The notes beneath the pieces are model-generated. The model searched no databases. It had not been told where the DNA came from and saw only the letters and a program-made list of their open reading frames with translations. Shown one piece after another: positions 12,081-23,473 of a stretch of 64,000 nt of DNA. This DNA is from an uncultured Acidimicrobiales bacterium (GTDB taxonomy: Bacteria > Actinomycetota > Acidimicrobiia > Acidimicrobiales > RAAP-2): contig CAVOTA010000002.1 of the NCBI GenBank assembly GCA_963699055.1, positions 1,036,430-1,100,429 on the forward strand, in the 5' to 3' direction. How positions within the stretch are numbered: the first letter of the stretch is position 1; each line of letters begins with the position of its first letter. Made by a program: the position numbers and the translations under genes.

Positions 12081-13448
12081 ATGCTCACCCTCGAGACCCT
12101 GCCCCACCAGATCCGCTCCGGCGAGGTCCACACCGTCGTCGTGGCCTTCCCGGACCTCCAGGGGCGGCCCGTCGGCAAGCGGGTCACGGGCTCCTTCTTC
12201 CTGGAGCACGTGGCCGACCACGGCATCGAGGCGTGCGACTACCTGCTGGCGTGCGACGTCGACATGGACCCCCTGCCCGGGTACGAGTTCGCCAACTGGG
12301 AGACCGGCTACGGCGACCTCAACGCCGTCATCGACCCGCACACCGTCCGGCCCCTGCCCTGGCTCCCCGGGTCGGTGCTGGTGCTGTGCGACCTGTTGAC
12401 CATGGACGGCGAGCCCGTCGAGGTGTCGCCCCGCCGGATCCTGCGCCGACAGATCGAGCGGGCCGCCGAGCGGGGCCTCGTGGTCAAGTGCGCCACCGAG
12501 CTCGAGTTCTACCTGTTCCTCGACTCGTTCGCCGAGGCGGGGGCCAAGCGCTGGCGGGATCTCGCCCCCCACGCCACGTCGATCGAGGACTACCAGCTGC
12601 TCCAGACCTCGCGCGAGGAGTACATCATCGCCCGCATCCGGAACGAGATGACCGAGGCGGGCATCCCGATCGAGTTCTCCAAGGGCGAGGCGGGCATCGG
12701 CCAGCACGAGATCAACATCACCTACGGCACCGCCCTCGAGGTCGCCGACCGCCACCTGGTGTTCAAGAACGGGGTGAAGGAGATCGCCGGCGAGTACGGG
12801 CGGGCCGCCACCTTCATGGCCAAGTGGTCCATGGACACGGCCGGGTCGTCGTGCCACATCCACACCAGCCTGTGGGACGCGTCGACCGACGCACCGCTGA
12901 TGGCCCCCGCCCCCGGCGAGGACTCGGCCTCGGGGTTCTCGGCGGTGGGCGCCCAGTGGGTGGCCGGTCAGATCCACGCCGCCGACCAGCTGGCGTGGTG
13001 CTTCGCCCCCTACGTCAACTCCTACCGCCGCTACGTGCCGGACTCGTGGGCACCCACCGCCGTCGTGTGGGGTGAGGACAACCGGACGTGCGGCTTCCGG
13101 GCCGTGGGCCACGGGGCCGGGCGGCGGGTCGAGAGCCGGATACCGGGGGCGGACGTGAACCCCTACATCGCCCTGGCCGCGGCCATCGCCGGCGGACTGT
13201 GGGGGATCGAGCACGGCGTGGAACTCGCCCCGGCCTTCACCGGCAACGCCTACCACGCCCCCGAGGTGCCCCGGATCCCCACCACGCTGCCCGAGGCCAT
13301 CGCCAGTCTGGAGTCGAGCGAGGTGGCGGCCGAGGCCTTCGGGCCCGTGGTGCACCAGCACCTGGTCAACACGGCCCGCCAGGAGTGGGCCAAGGCCAAC
13401 TCGGTCGTCACCGACTGGGAGCTGGCCCGCAACTTCGAGCGGATCTAG
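12081..13448 (+). CDS. Glutamine synthetase family protein (gamma-glutamyl-amine synthetase-like)
   Basis: ORF 12036..13448, with ATG at 12081 preferred (alternative GTG at 12036). GS catalytic-domain motifs are present: ELEFYLF, KGEAGIGQHEINI, SSCHIH, NRTCGFR. It is divergent from the PuuD-like gene. Confidence 0.85.
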   Translation: MLTLETLPHQIRSGEVHTVVVAFPDLQGRPVGKRVTGSFFLEHVADHGIEACDYLLACDVDMDPLPGYEFANWETGYGDLNAVIDPHTVRPLPWLPGSVLVLCDLLTMDGEPVEVSPRRILRRQIERAAERGLVVKCATELEFYLFLDSFAEAGAKRWRDLAPHATSIEDYQLLQTSREEYIIARIRNEMTEAGIPIEFSKGEAGIGQHEINITYGTALEVADRHLVFKNGVKEIAGEYGRAATFMAKWSMDTAGSSCHIHTSLWDASTDAPLMAPAPGEDSASGFSAVGAQWVAGQIHAADQLAWCFAPYVNSYRRYVPDSWAPTAVVWGEDNRTCGFRAVGHGAGRRVESRIPGADVNPYIALAAAIAGGLWGIEHGVELAPAFTGNAYHAPEVPRIPTTLPEAIASLESSEVAAEAFGPVVHQHLVNTARQEWAKANSVVTDWELARNFERI

Positions 13449-13488
13449 GCGACCGGCCGGCGGACCGCCGTCCGCTGCGACCGCATCC

Positions 13489-13517
13489 TTGACGGGTCGC
13501 ACGCCCGCTGGCACCAT
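13489..13517 (+). promoter_or_regulatory. Candidate promoter for the leuA leader transcript
   Basis: TTGACG at 13489-13494, a 17-nt spacer, then CACCAT at 13512-13517. It sits about 10 nt upstream of the leader-peptide ATG. Confidence 0.3.
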
Positions 13518-13526
13518 GGGGGGAGC

Positions 13527-15459
<1,933 letters not shown>

Positions 15460-15541
15460 CGGCCGGGGCCAGCCGGCACCCGTGGCCCGCGGCGCGGCGC
15501 ACGGGGTACGATCGTCCTTCTTCTCACCCCCACCGTGGGGC

Positions 15542-16342
15542 GTGACCGTGACGTCGGACGGGGGGTGGCAGGTGTCGGGACGGTCCACTGACCCACTGGC
15601 GCGCCTGGTGGCGGCGTGGCGCGGGTACGGCACCCATGACGCCATCGCCCGACGGGACGAGGTCGTCCGCCGCCACCTGGCCGAGCTGCCCGCCGACGCC
15701 CTCGTCGTCAACATCGGCTGCGCCAAGGTGCGCCGGTTCGAACACGACGGGCCCGCCCGCTACCTGGCCACCGACCTGCGGGTCCTCGACTCGGTCGACT
15801 TCTCGGCCGACGCCACCCGGCTCCCGTTGGCCGACGACTCGGTGGACACCGTCATCACCCTCGAGATGCTGGAGCACGTCCCCGAGCCGGCCGCCGTGGT
15901 GGCCGAGTTGGCCCGGGTGCTCAAGCCGGGGGGGACCGTGTTCCTGTCCGTGCCCTCGGCGGTGCCGCGCCACGACCACCACGACTTCTGGCGGTTCACC
16001 GCCCAGGGACTCGAGCAGCTGTGCGGGCCCTGGTTCGACGACGGCGAGGTCCGGGTGTTCGGGGGGACCTTCGAGACGCTCGGCTACCTGGCGGCGTACT
16101 ACGTCTCCCTCCTGCTCCACGTGCTGCGGTTCCCCGGCCGCACCTTCCGGCAGTTCTTCCCCACCGTCGGGCACGCCATCGACCGCCGGGCCGGGTGGAC
16201 GACCTCGACGTCGGCGCTCCACACCCTCGCCTTCGACCTGTTGTTCGTGGCCCGGGGCCGCAGCGGGCGACCCGAACCGCGGTCCGCCGTGGTCGACGCC
16301 GGACCGGTGGACGACGTGGAGGAGTGGGCACCCGCCCCCTGA
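15542..16342 (+). CDS. Class I SAM-dependent methyltransferase
   Basis: ORF 15317..16342. I chose the first start after the leuA stop (GTG 15542). It has a Methyltransf_11-like core: VVNIGCA...DSVDTVITLEMLEHVPEPAAVVAELARVLKPGGTVFLSVP. Confidence 0.75.
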   Translation: MTVTSDGGWQVSGRSTDPLARLVAAWRGYGTHDAIARRDEVVRRHLAELPADALVVNIGCAKVRRFEHDGPARYLATDLRVLDSVDFSADATRLPLADDSVDTVITLEMLEHVPEPAAVVAELARVLKPGGTVFLSVPSAVPRHDHHDFWRFTAQGLEQLCGPWFDDGEVRVFGGTFETLGYLAAYYVSLLLHVLRFPGRTFRQFFPTVGHAIDRRAGWTTSTSALHTLAFDLLFVARGRSGRPEPRSAVVDAGPVDDVEEWAPAP

Positions 16343-16373
16343 CACCCCTCGACGCCCGCGGCCGCCGAGGCCG

Positions 16374-17930
16374 TCAGAAGTGGTTCAGGCGCTTGAAGAT
16401 GCCCTTGGTCTGCTTGTAGAGGGTGACGAACTCGCCGAAGAGCAGCTCGTACTCGGCGGCGTTGGCCGGGTCGGGCTCGTAGCTACGGCGCACCTCGACC
16501 ATGCCCGGCACGTCACCGAGGGCGATGCGGTCGAGGGCGAGCAGGGTGAGCAGTCCCGCCCCCCGCACGTTGGCCAGCACGGGGTCGGCCACCTGGCGCA
16601 CCTGGCGGCCGAGCACGTCCGCATGGATCTGGGACCAGGCGTCCGAATTGGCCCCGCCGCCCACGAAGGCCAGCGAGTCCAGGCGCCGGCCGGCGAACTT
16701 CTCGACCGCCTCGAGGAGCCACCGGGAATTGAGGGCGACGCCCTCGAAGACCGAGCGGACCAGCTGCTCGCGGGTGGTGGTGAGGGACAGGTTGTGGAAC
16801 CCGCCCCGCACGGTGTGGTCGTCGACCGGCGAGCGCTCCCCGTTGAGCCACGGGGTGAAGAGCACCCGGCCGCAGCCGGCGGGCACCCGCTCGACCATGG
16901 CGTTCATGGTGGCCAGGTCGGGGGCCAGACCCAGGTTGTCCCGCACGAAGGTCAGGCAGGCACCGGCGGTCTCGTGCTCGTCGGCGATCACGTACCGGCC
17001 GGCCAGGGCAGCCGGGATCGAGGCGACGTTGGAGGTCGGGGCCGTCTTTTTGAAGGGGACGTGACCCGAGATCCACGAGGACGTCCCGATGTAGAGGTGC
17101 GCCTCGAAGTCGGCCACCGCACCGGACCCGAACACGGCGGAGTGGACGTCGCCCGAACCGGTGACCACCGGCAGCCCCGCCGGGATCCCGAGTTCGGCGG
17201 CGGCCCGCCCCGTCACCTCGCCGACCACCGAGCCCGGGGGGACCAGGTCGGGCAGACGGCCGCGGTCGAGCCCGGTCCACTCCAGCAGCTTGGCGTCGTA
17301 GTCGACGGCGTCGATGCGCCGGTTGTCGGTCACCCAGTGGGCGGCGATCGAGTCGTAGGAGGCCGACACCCGTCCGGTCAGCCGCAGGTTGAGGTAGTCC
17401 ACCGGTTCGAGGAAGGCCGCCGTGCGTCCGTAGACGTCGGGGAACGCCTGGCGGATGAAGAGGATGTGGGCGACCGGGTCCTTGCCCGACAGGCCGGGGG
17501 CGCCGCCGGTCACCTGGACCCAGCGCAGGAGTTTGCGGGGGTCGTAGCCCAGCACGTTGACGGACCCGCCCGCCACCTCGCGGATGGCGCCGTTGCCCCG
17601 CGAGTCCATCCAGATCACGGCCCGCATCAGCGGGTCACCGGCGGCGTCGACGGCCACGGTCCCCGACCACTGGGCCGTGCACCCGACGCCGACCAGGTCG
17701 ACCGGACCGGCGTCGGCCAGCGCCCGGGCGGCGGCCGTGCGGATGGCCGACCACCAGTCGTCCGGGTCCTGCTCCGCCCCTCCCCCGTCCAGCAGGTGGA
17801 GCGGGACCGGCTCGGCGGCGTGGGACACGATGCGGCCCGACTCGGCCACCACGGCAACCTTGGGACCGCCGGTCCCGAGGTCGACGGCCAGTACGCAGGA
17901 CCCGCCCCCTGCCGCGCCCGTCGGGGTCAC
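16374..17930 (-). CDS. FGGY-family carbohydrate kinase (xylulokinase-like)
   Basis: ORF 16374..17930. It has AVDLGTGGPK at the N-terminus and FVGGGANSDAWSQIHADVLG in the C-terminal domain. Its GTG start overlaps the ileS stop (GTGA). Confidence 0.85.
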   Translation of the reverse strand: MTPTGAAGGGSCVLAVDLGTGGPKVAVVAESGRIVSHAAEPVPLHLLDGGGAEQDPDDWWSAIRTAAARALADAGPVDLVGVGCTAQWSGTVAVDAAGDPLMRAVIWMDSRGNGAIREVAGGSVNVLGYDPRKLLRWVQVTGGAPGLSGKDPVAHILFIRQAFPDVYGRTAAFLEPVDYLNLRLTGRVSASYDSIAAHWVTDNRRIDAVDYDAKLLEWTGLDRGRLPDLVPPGSVVGEVTGRAAAELGIPAGLPVVTGSGDVHSAVFGSGAVADFEAHLYIGTSSWISGHVPFKKTAPTSNVASIPAALAGRYVIADEHETAGACLTFVRDNLGLAPDLATMNAMVERVPAGCGRVLFTPWLNGERSPVDDHTVRGGFHNLSLTTTREQLVRSVFEGVALNSRWLLEAVEKFAGRRLDSLAFVGGGANSDAWSQIHADVLGRQVRQVADPVLANVRGAGLLTLLALDRIALGDVPGMVEVRRSYEPDPANAAEYELLFGEFVTLYKQTKGIFKRLNHF

Positions 17931-20900
17931 GACGTGCGCACCCAGATCGTGGCCGTGCGCGCCGTCCCGCCCTCGTCCAGCTCCACGGCCGTACCCGGCC
18001 CGCCGTCGGCCGGCGGCTCCGTCCTCACCCCGACGGCCAGGACCTCCCGGGCGACGGTGTCGAACAGCGGGACCAGGTCGTCGAGGCCGACGACGTGCAG
18101 CACGATCGTGTCCGACACCTCGAGCCCGGACTCCTTCCGGAGGTCCTGGACATTGCGGATCAGCTCACGGCCGAGTCCCCGCCGGCGCAGGTCGTCGTCG
18201 AGGGCCAGGTCGAGGGCCAGCACCTCGGCACCGTCGCGCGACACGGCGAACCCGGGCTGGGCCCGGACCCGCAGCTCGACCTCCTCGGCGGACAGCTCCA
18301 GCGGACCGTCGGCCAGCTCCACCACCACCGGGCGCCCCTCGGCCAGGTCGGCGGCCGCGGTGGCACCGTCGACCGAGGCCATGGCCGATCGCAGGTCCTG
18401 GACCCGCTTGCCGATGCGGGGGCCGAGGAGCTTGTAGTTGGGCACGAGCTCGTAGGCGAGGAACTCACCCAGCTCCTCGGTGGCCTCGACCCGGTCGACG
18501 TTGAGTTCGTCCTCGACCACGCCGGCCGGCGGCACCGGACCGTCGGGAGGCAGGTGGACCACGGCGCGGGCCAGCGGTTGGCGCACCTTGACCCCCGCCT
18601 CCGCCCGGGCGGCACGGCCCAGCGAGGAGAGCCGGCGGGCGAGGGCCATGCCCGCCTCCAGGTCGGGGTCGACGGCGCCGGTGTCGGCCTCGGGCCAGTC
18701 GGCCAGGTGCACCGAGTCGGACTCGTCGGCACCGGTCAGGTCGCGCCACATCCGGTCGGCCAGGAACGGGGTCAGCGGGGCCAGGAGCCGGGCCACGGTG
18801 ACCAGGACCTCGTGGAGGGTGGCCTGCGCCCCCAGCGAGTCGGCCGGATCGGCACCCGGATCGGTGCGCCAGAAGCGCCGGCGCGAGCGGCGCACGTACC
18901 AATTGGAGGTGTCGTCGATCAGCTCGGCGATGGCGGTCGCCGCCGGGAACGGCTCGTACCCGTCGAGCGCCCCGGTGGTTCCCACGATGGTGGCGTGCAG
19001 CCGCGACCGCATCCACCGGTCGAGCTCGGACCGGTCCGCCGGTGCGGGGACCGAGGGGTCGGCCGGGTCGAAGCCGTTGAGCGTGGCGTACGTGGTGAAG
19101 AACGACCACGTGTTCCACAGCGTCAGCAGCGAGTCGCGCATGGAGGCGTCGATGGCCTCGAAGCTCACCCGGGTCGGCGTCCAGGGCGACCCCTGGGAGA
19201 ACATCCACCACCGCAGCGGGTCGGCACCCCGCGTCGTGAGGATCTCCCACGGGTCGATCACATTGCCCACGCTCTTGGACATCTTGCGCCCGTCGGCGTC
19301 CACGATGTGCCCGAGGCAGAGCACGTTGCGGTAGGGCGTCTCCCCCCGGACCAGGGTGTTGACGGCGAGGAGGGAGTAGAACCAGCCGCGTGTCTGGTCG
19401 ATGGCCTCGCAGATGAAGTCGGCGGGGAACACGAACCGCTCGTCGGCGCCGGGTGCTCCCGGATAGCCCCACTGGGCCGTCGGCATCGATCCCGAGTCGA
19501 ACCAGGCGTCGATGACCGGCGCCACCCGGCGCATGACCCCCGCCCCCCCGCCCGTGGCGCAGTCCGGGCACGGGACGGTCACCTCGTCGATGGCCGGCCG
19601 GTGGGGGTCGACCCCGGTGACGTCGGTGCCCGTCAGCTCGGACAGCTCGGACAGCGAGCCGACGCAGCGGGCGTGACCGTCGTCGCACCGCCACACCGGC
19701 AGCGGCGTGCCCCAGAACCGGTCCCGGGAGAGCGCCCAGTCGACGTTGTTGGCCAGCCACTCCCCCATCCGTCCGTCGCGGATGTGCTCGGGGTGCCAGC
19801 CGATGGTCTGGTTCTGCGCCACCAGGTCGGTCTTGCGCTCCGAGGTGCGGATGTACCAGCTGGGCTTCCCCCAGTAGATCAACGGCGTGCCGCACCGCCA
19901 ACAGTGCGGGTACGGGTGGACGTAGGGGTGGCGGCGCACCAGCAGCCCCGCCGCCTCGAGCCGGTCGTTGACGACCCCGTTGACCTCACGCACCGCACGG
20001 CCCTGGAGCCAGGCCACCTCGTCGGTGAACCGCCCGTCGGGCCCGACCGGATTGAGGGTGGGCAGGTCGGCCGACCGGCCGACCTGCCGGTCGACCTCGC
20101 CGAACGCCGGGGCCAGGTGCACGATGCCGGTCCCCTCGTCCGCCTCGACGAACTCGCCGGCCACCACCCGCCACCCCTCCCGGCCGGCGTCGGCCGGTCC
20201 GGGGGTGACGTCGTCGAACGGCCGCCGGTAGCGCAGCCCGACCAGTGCCGCGCCCGGCACGACGGCGTCGGGCACCGCACCCTCGCCGAGCACCTCGGTG
20301 ACCAGCGACGCCGCCACGACGGCGTCGCCCACCACCGCGTACTCGAGGTCGGGGCCGACGGCGGCGCCCGTGTTGGACAGGAGGGTCCACGGCGTGGTGG
20401 TCCAGGCCACCAGGGCGAGGCCCTCGAGCGTGGACCGGCCCAACGCGGCGCGCAGCGCCCCGGCCGCCGCGCCCTCGTCGGTCAGTGGGAACCGGACGTA
20501 GGACGACTCGTCCTCGACCTCGCGGTAGACGTCGGGCTGGCCGAGCTCGTGGCTGCTCAGTGCGGTCCCGCACCGGGGGCAGTACGGCACGACCTTGATG
20601 TCCTCGTACAGCAGGTCCTGGTCCCACAGGGACTTGAGGTTCGCCCACACCGACTCGACGTACTCGCCGTCGAAGGTCCAGTAGGCGTCGTCGATGTCGA
20701 TCCAGTAGCCGATCCGCTCGGTCAGGGTCTTCCACTCGCCCACGTAATTGCGGACCGACTCCTTGCAGAGGCGGGTGAACTCGGCGATCCCCACCTCCTC
20801 CTCGATCTGGCGCTTGGCCGTGATCCCGAGCTGCTTCTCCACCTCGACCTCGACGGGCAGCCCGTGGGTGTCCCAGCCCGCCTTGCGGGGGACGGCGTAG

Positions 20901-21127
20901 CCCCGCATGGTGCGGTACCGGCAGAAGAGGTCCTTGTAGACGCGGGCCCACACGTGGTGGAGCCCGGGGCGGCCGTTGGCGGTGGGCGGTCCCTCGTAGA
21001 ACACCCATGGCTCCGCGCCGGCTCGCAGCTCCACCGACCGCTCGAACACCCGGTGCGCGGCCCACCGGGCCAGCTCCTCGTCCTCGAGGGCGGTGAACTC
21101 GGCTTCGGCGGGTACCGGGCGGAACAC
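17927..21127 (-). CDS. ileS: Isoleucine--tRNA ligase (type 2)
   Basis: ORF 17927..21172. Motifs PPTANGRPGLHH and KMSKSVGN are present. I chose GTG at 21127 (VFRPVPAEAEFTALEDEELARW), preceded by AAAGGAAA. Confidence 0.93.
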   Translation of the reverse strand: MFRPVPAEAEFTALEDEELARWAAHRVFERSVELRAGAEPWVFYEGPPTANGRPGLHHVWARVYKDLFCRYRTMRGYAVPRKAGWDTHGLPVEVEVEKQLGITAKRQIEEEVGIAEFTRLCKESVRNYVGEWKTLTERIGYWIDIDDAYWTFDGEYVESVWANLKSLWDQDLLYEDIKVVPYCPRCGTALSSHELGQPDVYREVEDESSYVRFPLTDEGAAAGALRAALGRSTLEGLALVAWTTTPWTLLSNTGAAVGPDLEYAVVGDAVVAASLVTEVLGEGAVPDAVVPGAALVGLRYRRPFDDVTPGPADAGREGWRVVAGEFVEADEGTGIVHLAPAFGEVDRQVGRSADLPTLNPVGPDGRFTDEVAWLQGRAVREVNGVVNDRLEAAGLLVRRHPYVHPYPHCWRCGTPLIYWGKPSWYIRTSERKTDLVAQNQTIGWHPEHIRDGRMGEWLANNVDWALSRDRFWGTPLPVWRCDDGHARCVGSLSELSELTGTDVTGVDPHRPAIDEVTVPCPDCATGGGAGVMRRVAPVIDAWFDSGSMPTAQWGYPGAPGADERFVFPADFICEAIDQTRGWFYSLLAVNTLVRGETPYRNVLCLGHIVDADGRKMSKSVGNVIDPWEILTTRGADPLRWWMFSQGSPWTPTRVSFEAIDASMRDSLLTLWNTWSFFTTYATLNGFDPADPSVPAPADRSELDRWMRSRLHATIVGTTGALDGYEPFPAATAIAELIDDTSNWYVRRSRRRFWRTDPGADPADSLGAQATLHEVLVTVARLLAPLTPFLADRMWRDLTGADESDSVHLADWPEADTGAVDPDLEAGMALARRLSSLGRAARAEAGVKVRQPLARAVVHLPPDGPVPPAGVVEDELNVDRVEATEELGEFLAYELVPNYKLLGPRIGKRVQDLRSAMASVDGATAAADLAEGRPVVVELADGPLELSAEEVELRVRAQPGFAVSRDGAEVLALDLALDDDLRRRGLGRELIRNVQDLRKESGLEVSDTIVLHVVGLDDLVPLFDTVAREVLAVGVRTEPPADGGPGTAVELDEGGTARTATIWVRTS

Positions 21128-21267
21128 GGGCGTTTCCTTTGGTGTCGTGGTCGGGGTCGGGTGGCGCGGCACTCGGGGCGTCCGGTGCGGGGTGCGGACC
21201 AGATACTACGGGTGCCCGGCGGCGCCGACCGCACCCCGGACCCGCGTCGGTCGGCGAGACTGGGGGC
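21128..21267 (-). promoter_or_regulatory. Structured ileS 5' leader (T-box candidate, unverified)
   Basis: A perfect 9-bp stem GGGGUGCGG/CCGCACCCC (21189-21197 with 21229-21237) encloses a loop containing GUAGUAUCUGGU. The Ile codon AUC is the complement of 21202-21204. Confidence 0.25.
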
Positions 21268-21900
21268 ATGGATGCGCCCCCCACGCTGGTCGGGACCCAC
21301 GTCCGGCTGGAGCCACTGACCACCGGCCACCTCGACGGGCTGCTGGCGGCGGCCACCGGCGACCGCTCGTCGTTCGGCTACACGCCGGTGCCCGACGACC
21401 GGGACTCGATGGCGGCGTACGTGGGACGCGCCCTGCACCACGCCGCCGAGGGCCACCAGGTCCCGTTCGCCACGGTGTCGCTCCCCCTGGACCGGGTGGT
21501 GGGCTCGACCCGCTTCTACGAGCTCGAACCGTGGGACTGGTCCGGGATCTCCCCGGGAGCGGCACCGGTGCCGGCGGCGGGCGCCTTCGACCGGGCGGCG
21601 ATCGGCCACACCTGGCTCGACCCCGCGGTCCAACGGTCCCCGGTCAACACCGAGGCCAAGCTCCTCATGCTGGACCACGCCTTCGGTACCTGGGGTGTCC
21701 GCGCCGTCCGCCTCCAGACCGATGCCCGCAACGCCCGCTCGCGGGCCGCCATCGAGCGGATCGGGTGCAGGCTCGACGGGGTGCTGCGGGCCGACCGGCC
21801 GGCCGCGGACGGGACGGTCCGGGACTCCGCCGTCTTCTCGATCCTGGCCGAGGAGTGGCCGGTGGCACGGTCCCGGCTCGTGGCCCGTCTCGCCCGCTGA
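21268..21900 (+). CDS. GNAT family N-acetyltransferase (RimJ/RimL-like)
   Basis: ORF 21139..21900, with ATG at 21268 (MDAPPTLVGTHVRLEPL). It has an acetyltransferase core: RLQTDARNARSRAAIERIGCRLDGVLR. Confidence 0.8.
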   Translation: MDAPPTLVGTHVRLEPLTTGHLDGLLAAATGDRSSFGYTPVPDDRDSMAAYVGRALHHAAEGHQVPFATVSLPLDRVVGSTRFYELEPWDWSGISPGAAPVPAAGAFDRAAIGHTWLDPAVQRSPVNTEAKLLMLDHAFGTWGVRAVRLQTDARNARSRAAIERIGCRLDGVLRADRPAADGTVRDSAVFSILAEEWPVARSRLVARLAR

Positions 21901-21943
21901 CCGGGCCGGACGACACCCGACGGTCTCCCCCTACCCTGGCGCC

Positions 21944-23473
21944 ATGCCGGATTCCCCCGCCCCGATCGAGGACGCGTCTGTCGACCCGACCGGCGGCCGG
22001 GCCCGCTCGTCGGACACCGTCGTCCTCGTCGTCGTCTGCCTGGCCCAGTTCATGGTGGTGCTCGACGTCTCGATCGTGAACGTGGCGCTCCCCGCCATCC
22101 AGCGCAGCCTCCACTTCCGCCCCGTCGACCTCCAGTGGGTGGTGACGGCCTACGCCCTGACCTTCGGCGGCCTGCTCCTGCTGGGCGGGCGGCTGGCCGA
22201 CCTGTTCGGGCGCCGGCGCATCTTCCTGGTGGGACTGGGCCTGTTCACCGTGGCGAGCCTGCTCGGCGGGTTCGCCACGAACCAGGCGACGCTCATCGCC
22301 GCCCGCTCCCTCCAGGGGGTCGGCGCGGCCATCCTGTCGCCGGCGACCCTGACCATCCTCACCGTCACCTTCACCGACCAGCGGGCCCGGGCCAGGGCCT
22401 TCGGCGTGTGGAGTGCGGTGGCGGCCGGTGGCGGCGCCGCCGGTGCGCTCTTCGGCGGGGTGCTCACCCAGTACCTGTCGTGGCGGTGGATCCTGTTCGT
22501 CAACGTGCCGATCGGGATCGTCCTGTTCGCCGTGGCCCGTCTGCGCCTCCACGAGTCCCGGGCCGAGGGACCCCGACGCCGCCTCGACCTGGCCGGGGCC
22601 GCCACCATCACCGGCGCCCTCTTCCTCCTCGTCTACGCCATCTCCCACACCGACGTGGTGCCGTGGACGGCGACCTCCACGCTGGCGGTGCTGGCCGCGT
22701 CGTTCCTCCTCCTGTCGGCCTTCGTCGCCGTCGAGGCCCGGGCGGCGTCCCATCCGCTGGTGCCGCTCCGCCTGTTCCGGGTCCGCTCGGTCACGGGTGC
22801 GAACCTCGTCATGTTCTGCTTCGGCGTCGGCATGTTCGCCATGTGGTTCTTCCTCTCCCTCTACCTCCAGCAGGTGCTCGGCTACAGCCCGGTCGTGACC
22901 GGGCTGACCTTCCTGCCCCAGACGGCGGCGATCGCCGTCGGGGCCACGCTGTCGGGACGGTTGGCGCCGCGCCTCGGCCCGCGCAACGTACTGATGCTCG
23001 GTGCCGTGCTCGGGGCCGGCGGCCTGTACTGGCTCTCGTTCATCCAGGCCGGCGACACGTACTGGACCGGGGCGTGCGGCGGGGGCATCCTCGCCACCTT
23101 CGGCATGGGGCTGGCGTTCACACCCATCGCCCTGCTGGCCACCGGTGGCGTGCCCCATCAGGACGCCGGACTGGCGTCGGGCCTGGTCAACTGCAGCCGG
23201 CAGATCGGTGCCTCGGTCGGCCTCGCCGCCCTGACGACGTTGGCCGCGTCACGCACGGCGGTCGTCCTCGCCGGCGGGACCCGCGCCCCGGTGACCGCCG
23301 AGGCGGTCAGGAAGGCCATGACCGAGGGATACGCCCGTGCCTTCCTGATCGCGTCGGTGGTCGTGCTGGCCGGGGGGCTGCTCGCCTTCGTGATCCCGCC
23401 GCCCCGGGCGGCCGCCGTGGACTGGGACGCCACCACCGGGGATCAGGTGGCGGGACCCGTCCTCGTCGACTGA
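21944..23473 (+). CDS. MFS transporter, DHA2/EmrB-like (14-TM type)
   Basis: ORF 21695..23473, with ATG at 21944. It carries QFMVVLDVSIVNVALPAI and GRLADLFGRRR, and its length fits the 14-TM drug:H+ antiporter type. Confidence 0.85.
   Translation: MPDSPAPIEDASVDPTGGRARSSDTVVLVVVCLAQFMVVLDVSIVNVALPAIQRSLHFRPVDLQWVVTAYALTFGGLLLLGGRLADLFGRRRIFLVGLGLFTVASLLGGFATNQATLIAARSLQGVGAAILSPATLTILTVTFTDQRARARAFGVWSAVAAGGGAAGALFGGVLTQYLSWRWILFVNVPIGIVLFAVARLRLHESRAEGPRRRLDLAGAATITGALFLLVYAISHTDVVPWTATSTLAVLAASFLLLSAFVAVEARAASHPLVPLRLFRVRSVTGANLVMFCFGVGMFAMWFFLSLYLQQVLGYSPVVTGLTFLPQTAAIAVGATLSGRLAPRLGPRNVLMLGAVLGAGGLYWLSFIQAGDTYWTGACGGGILATFGMGLAFTPIALLATGGVPHQDAGLASGLVNCSRQIGASVGLAALTTLAASRTAVVLAGGTRAPVTAEAVRKAMTEGYARAFLIASVVVLAGGLLAFVIPPPRAAAVDWDATTGDQVAGPVLVD

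Noticed and set aside
10033-13075. Long plus-strand ORFs 10033..12399 and 11222..13075
   Set aside because: They overlap the ALDH, PuuD-like and GS-like genes in wrong frames or strands, with low-complexity Arg/Gly/His-rich translations.
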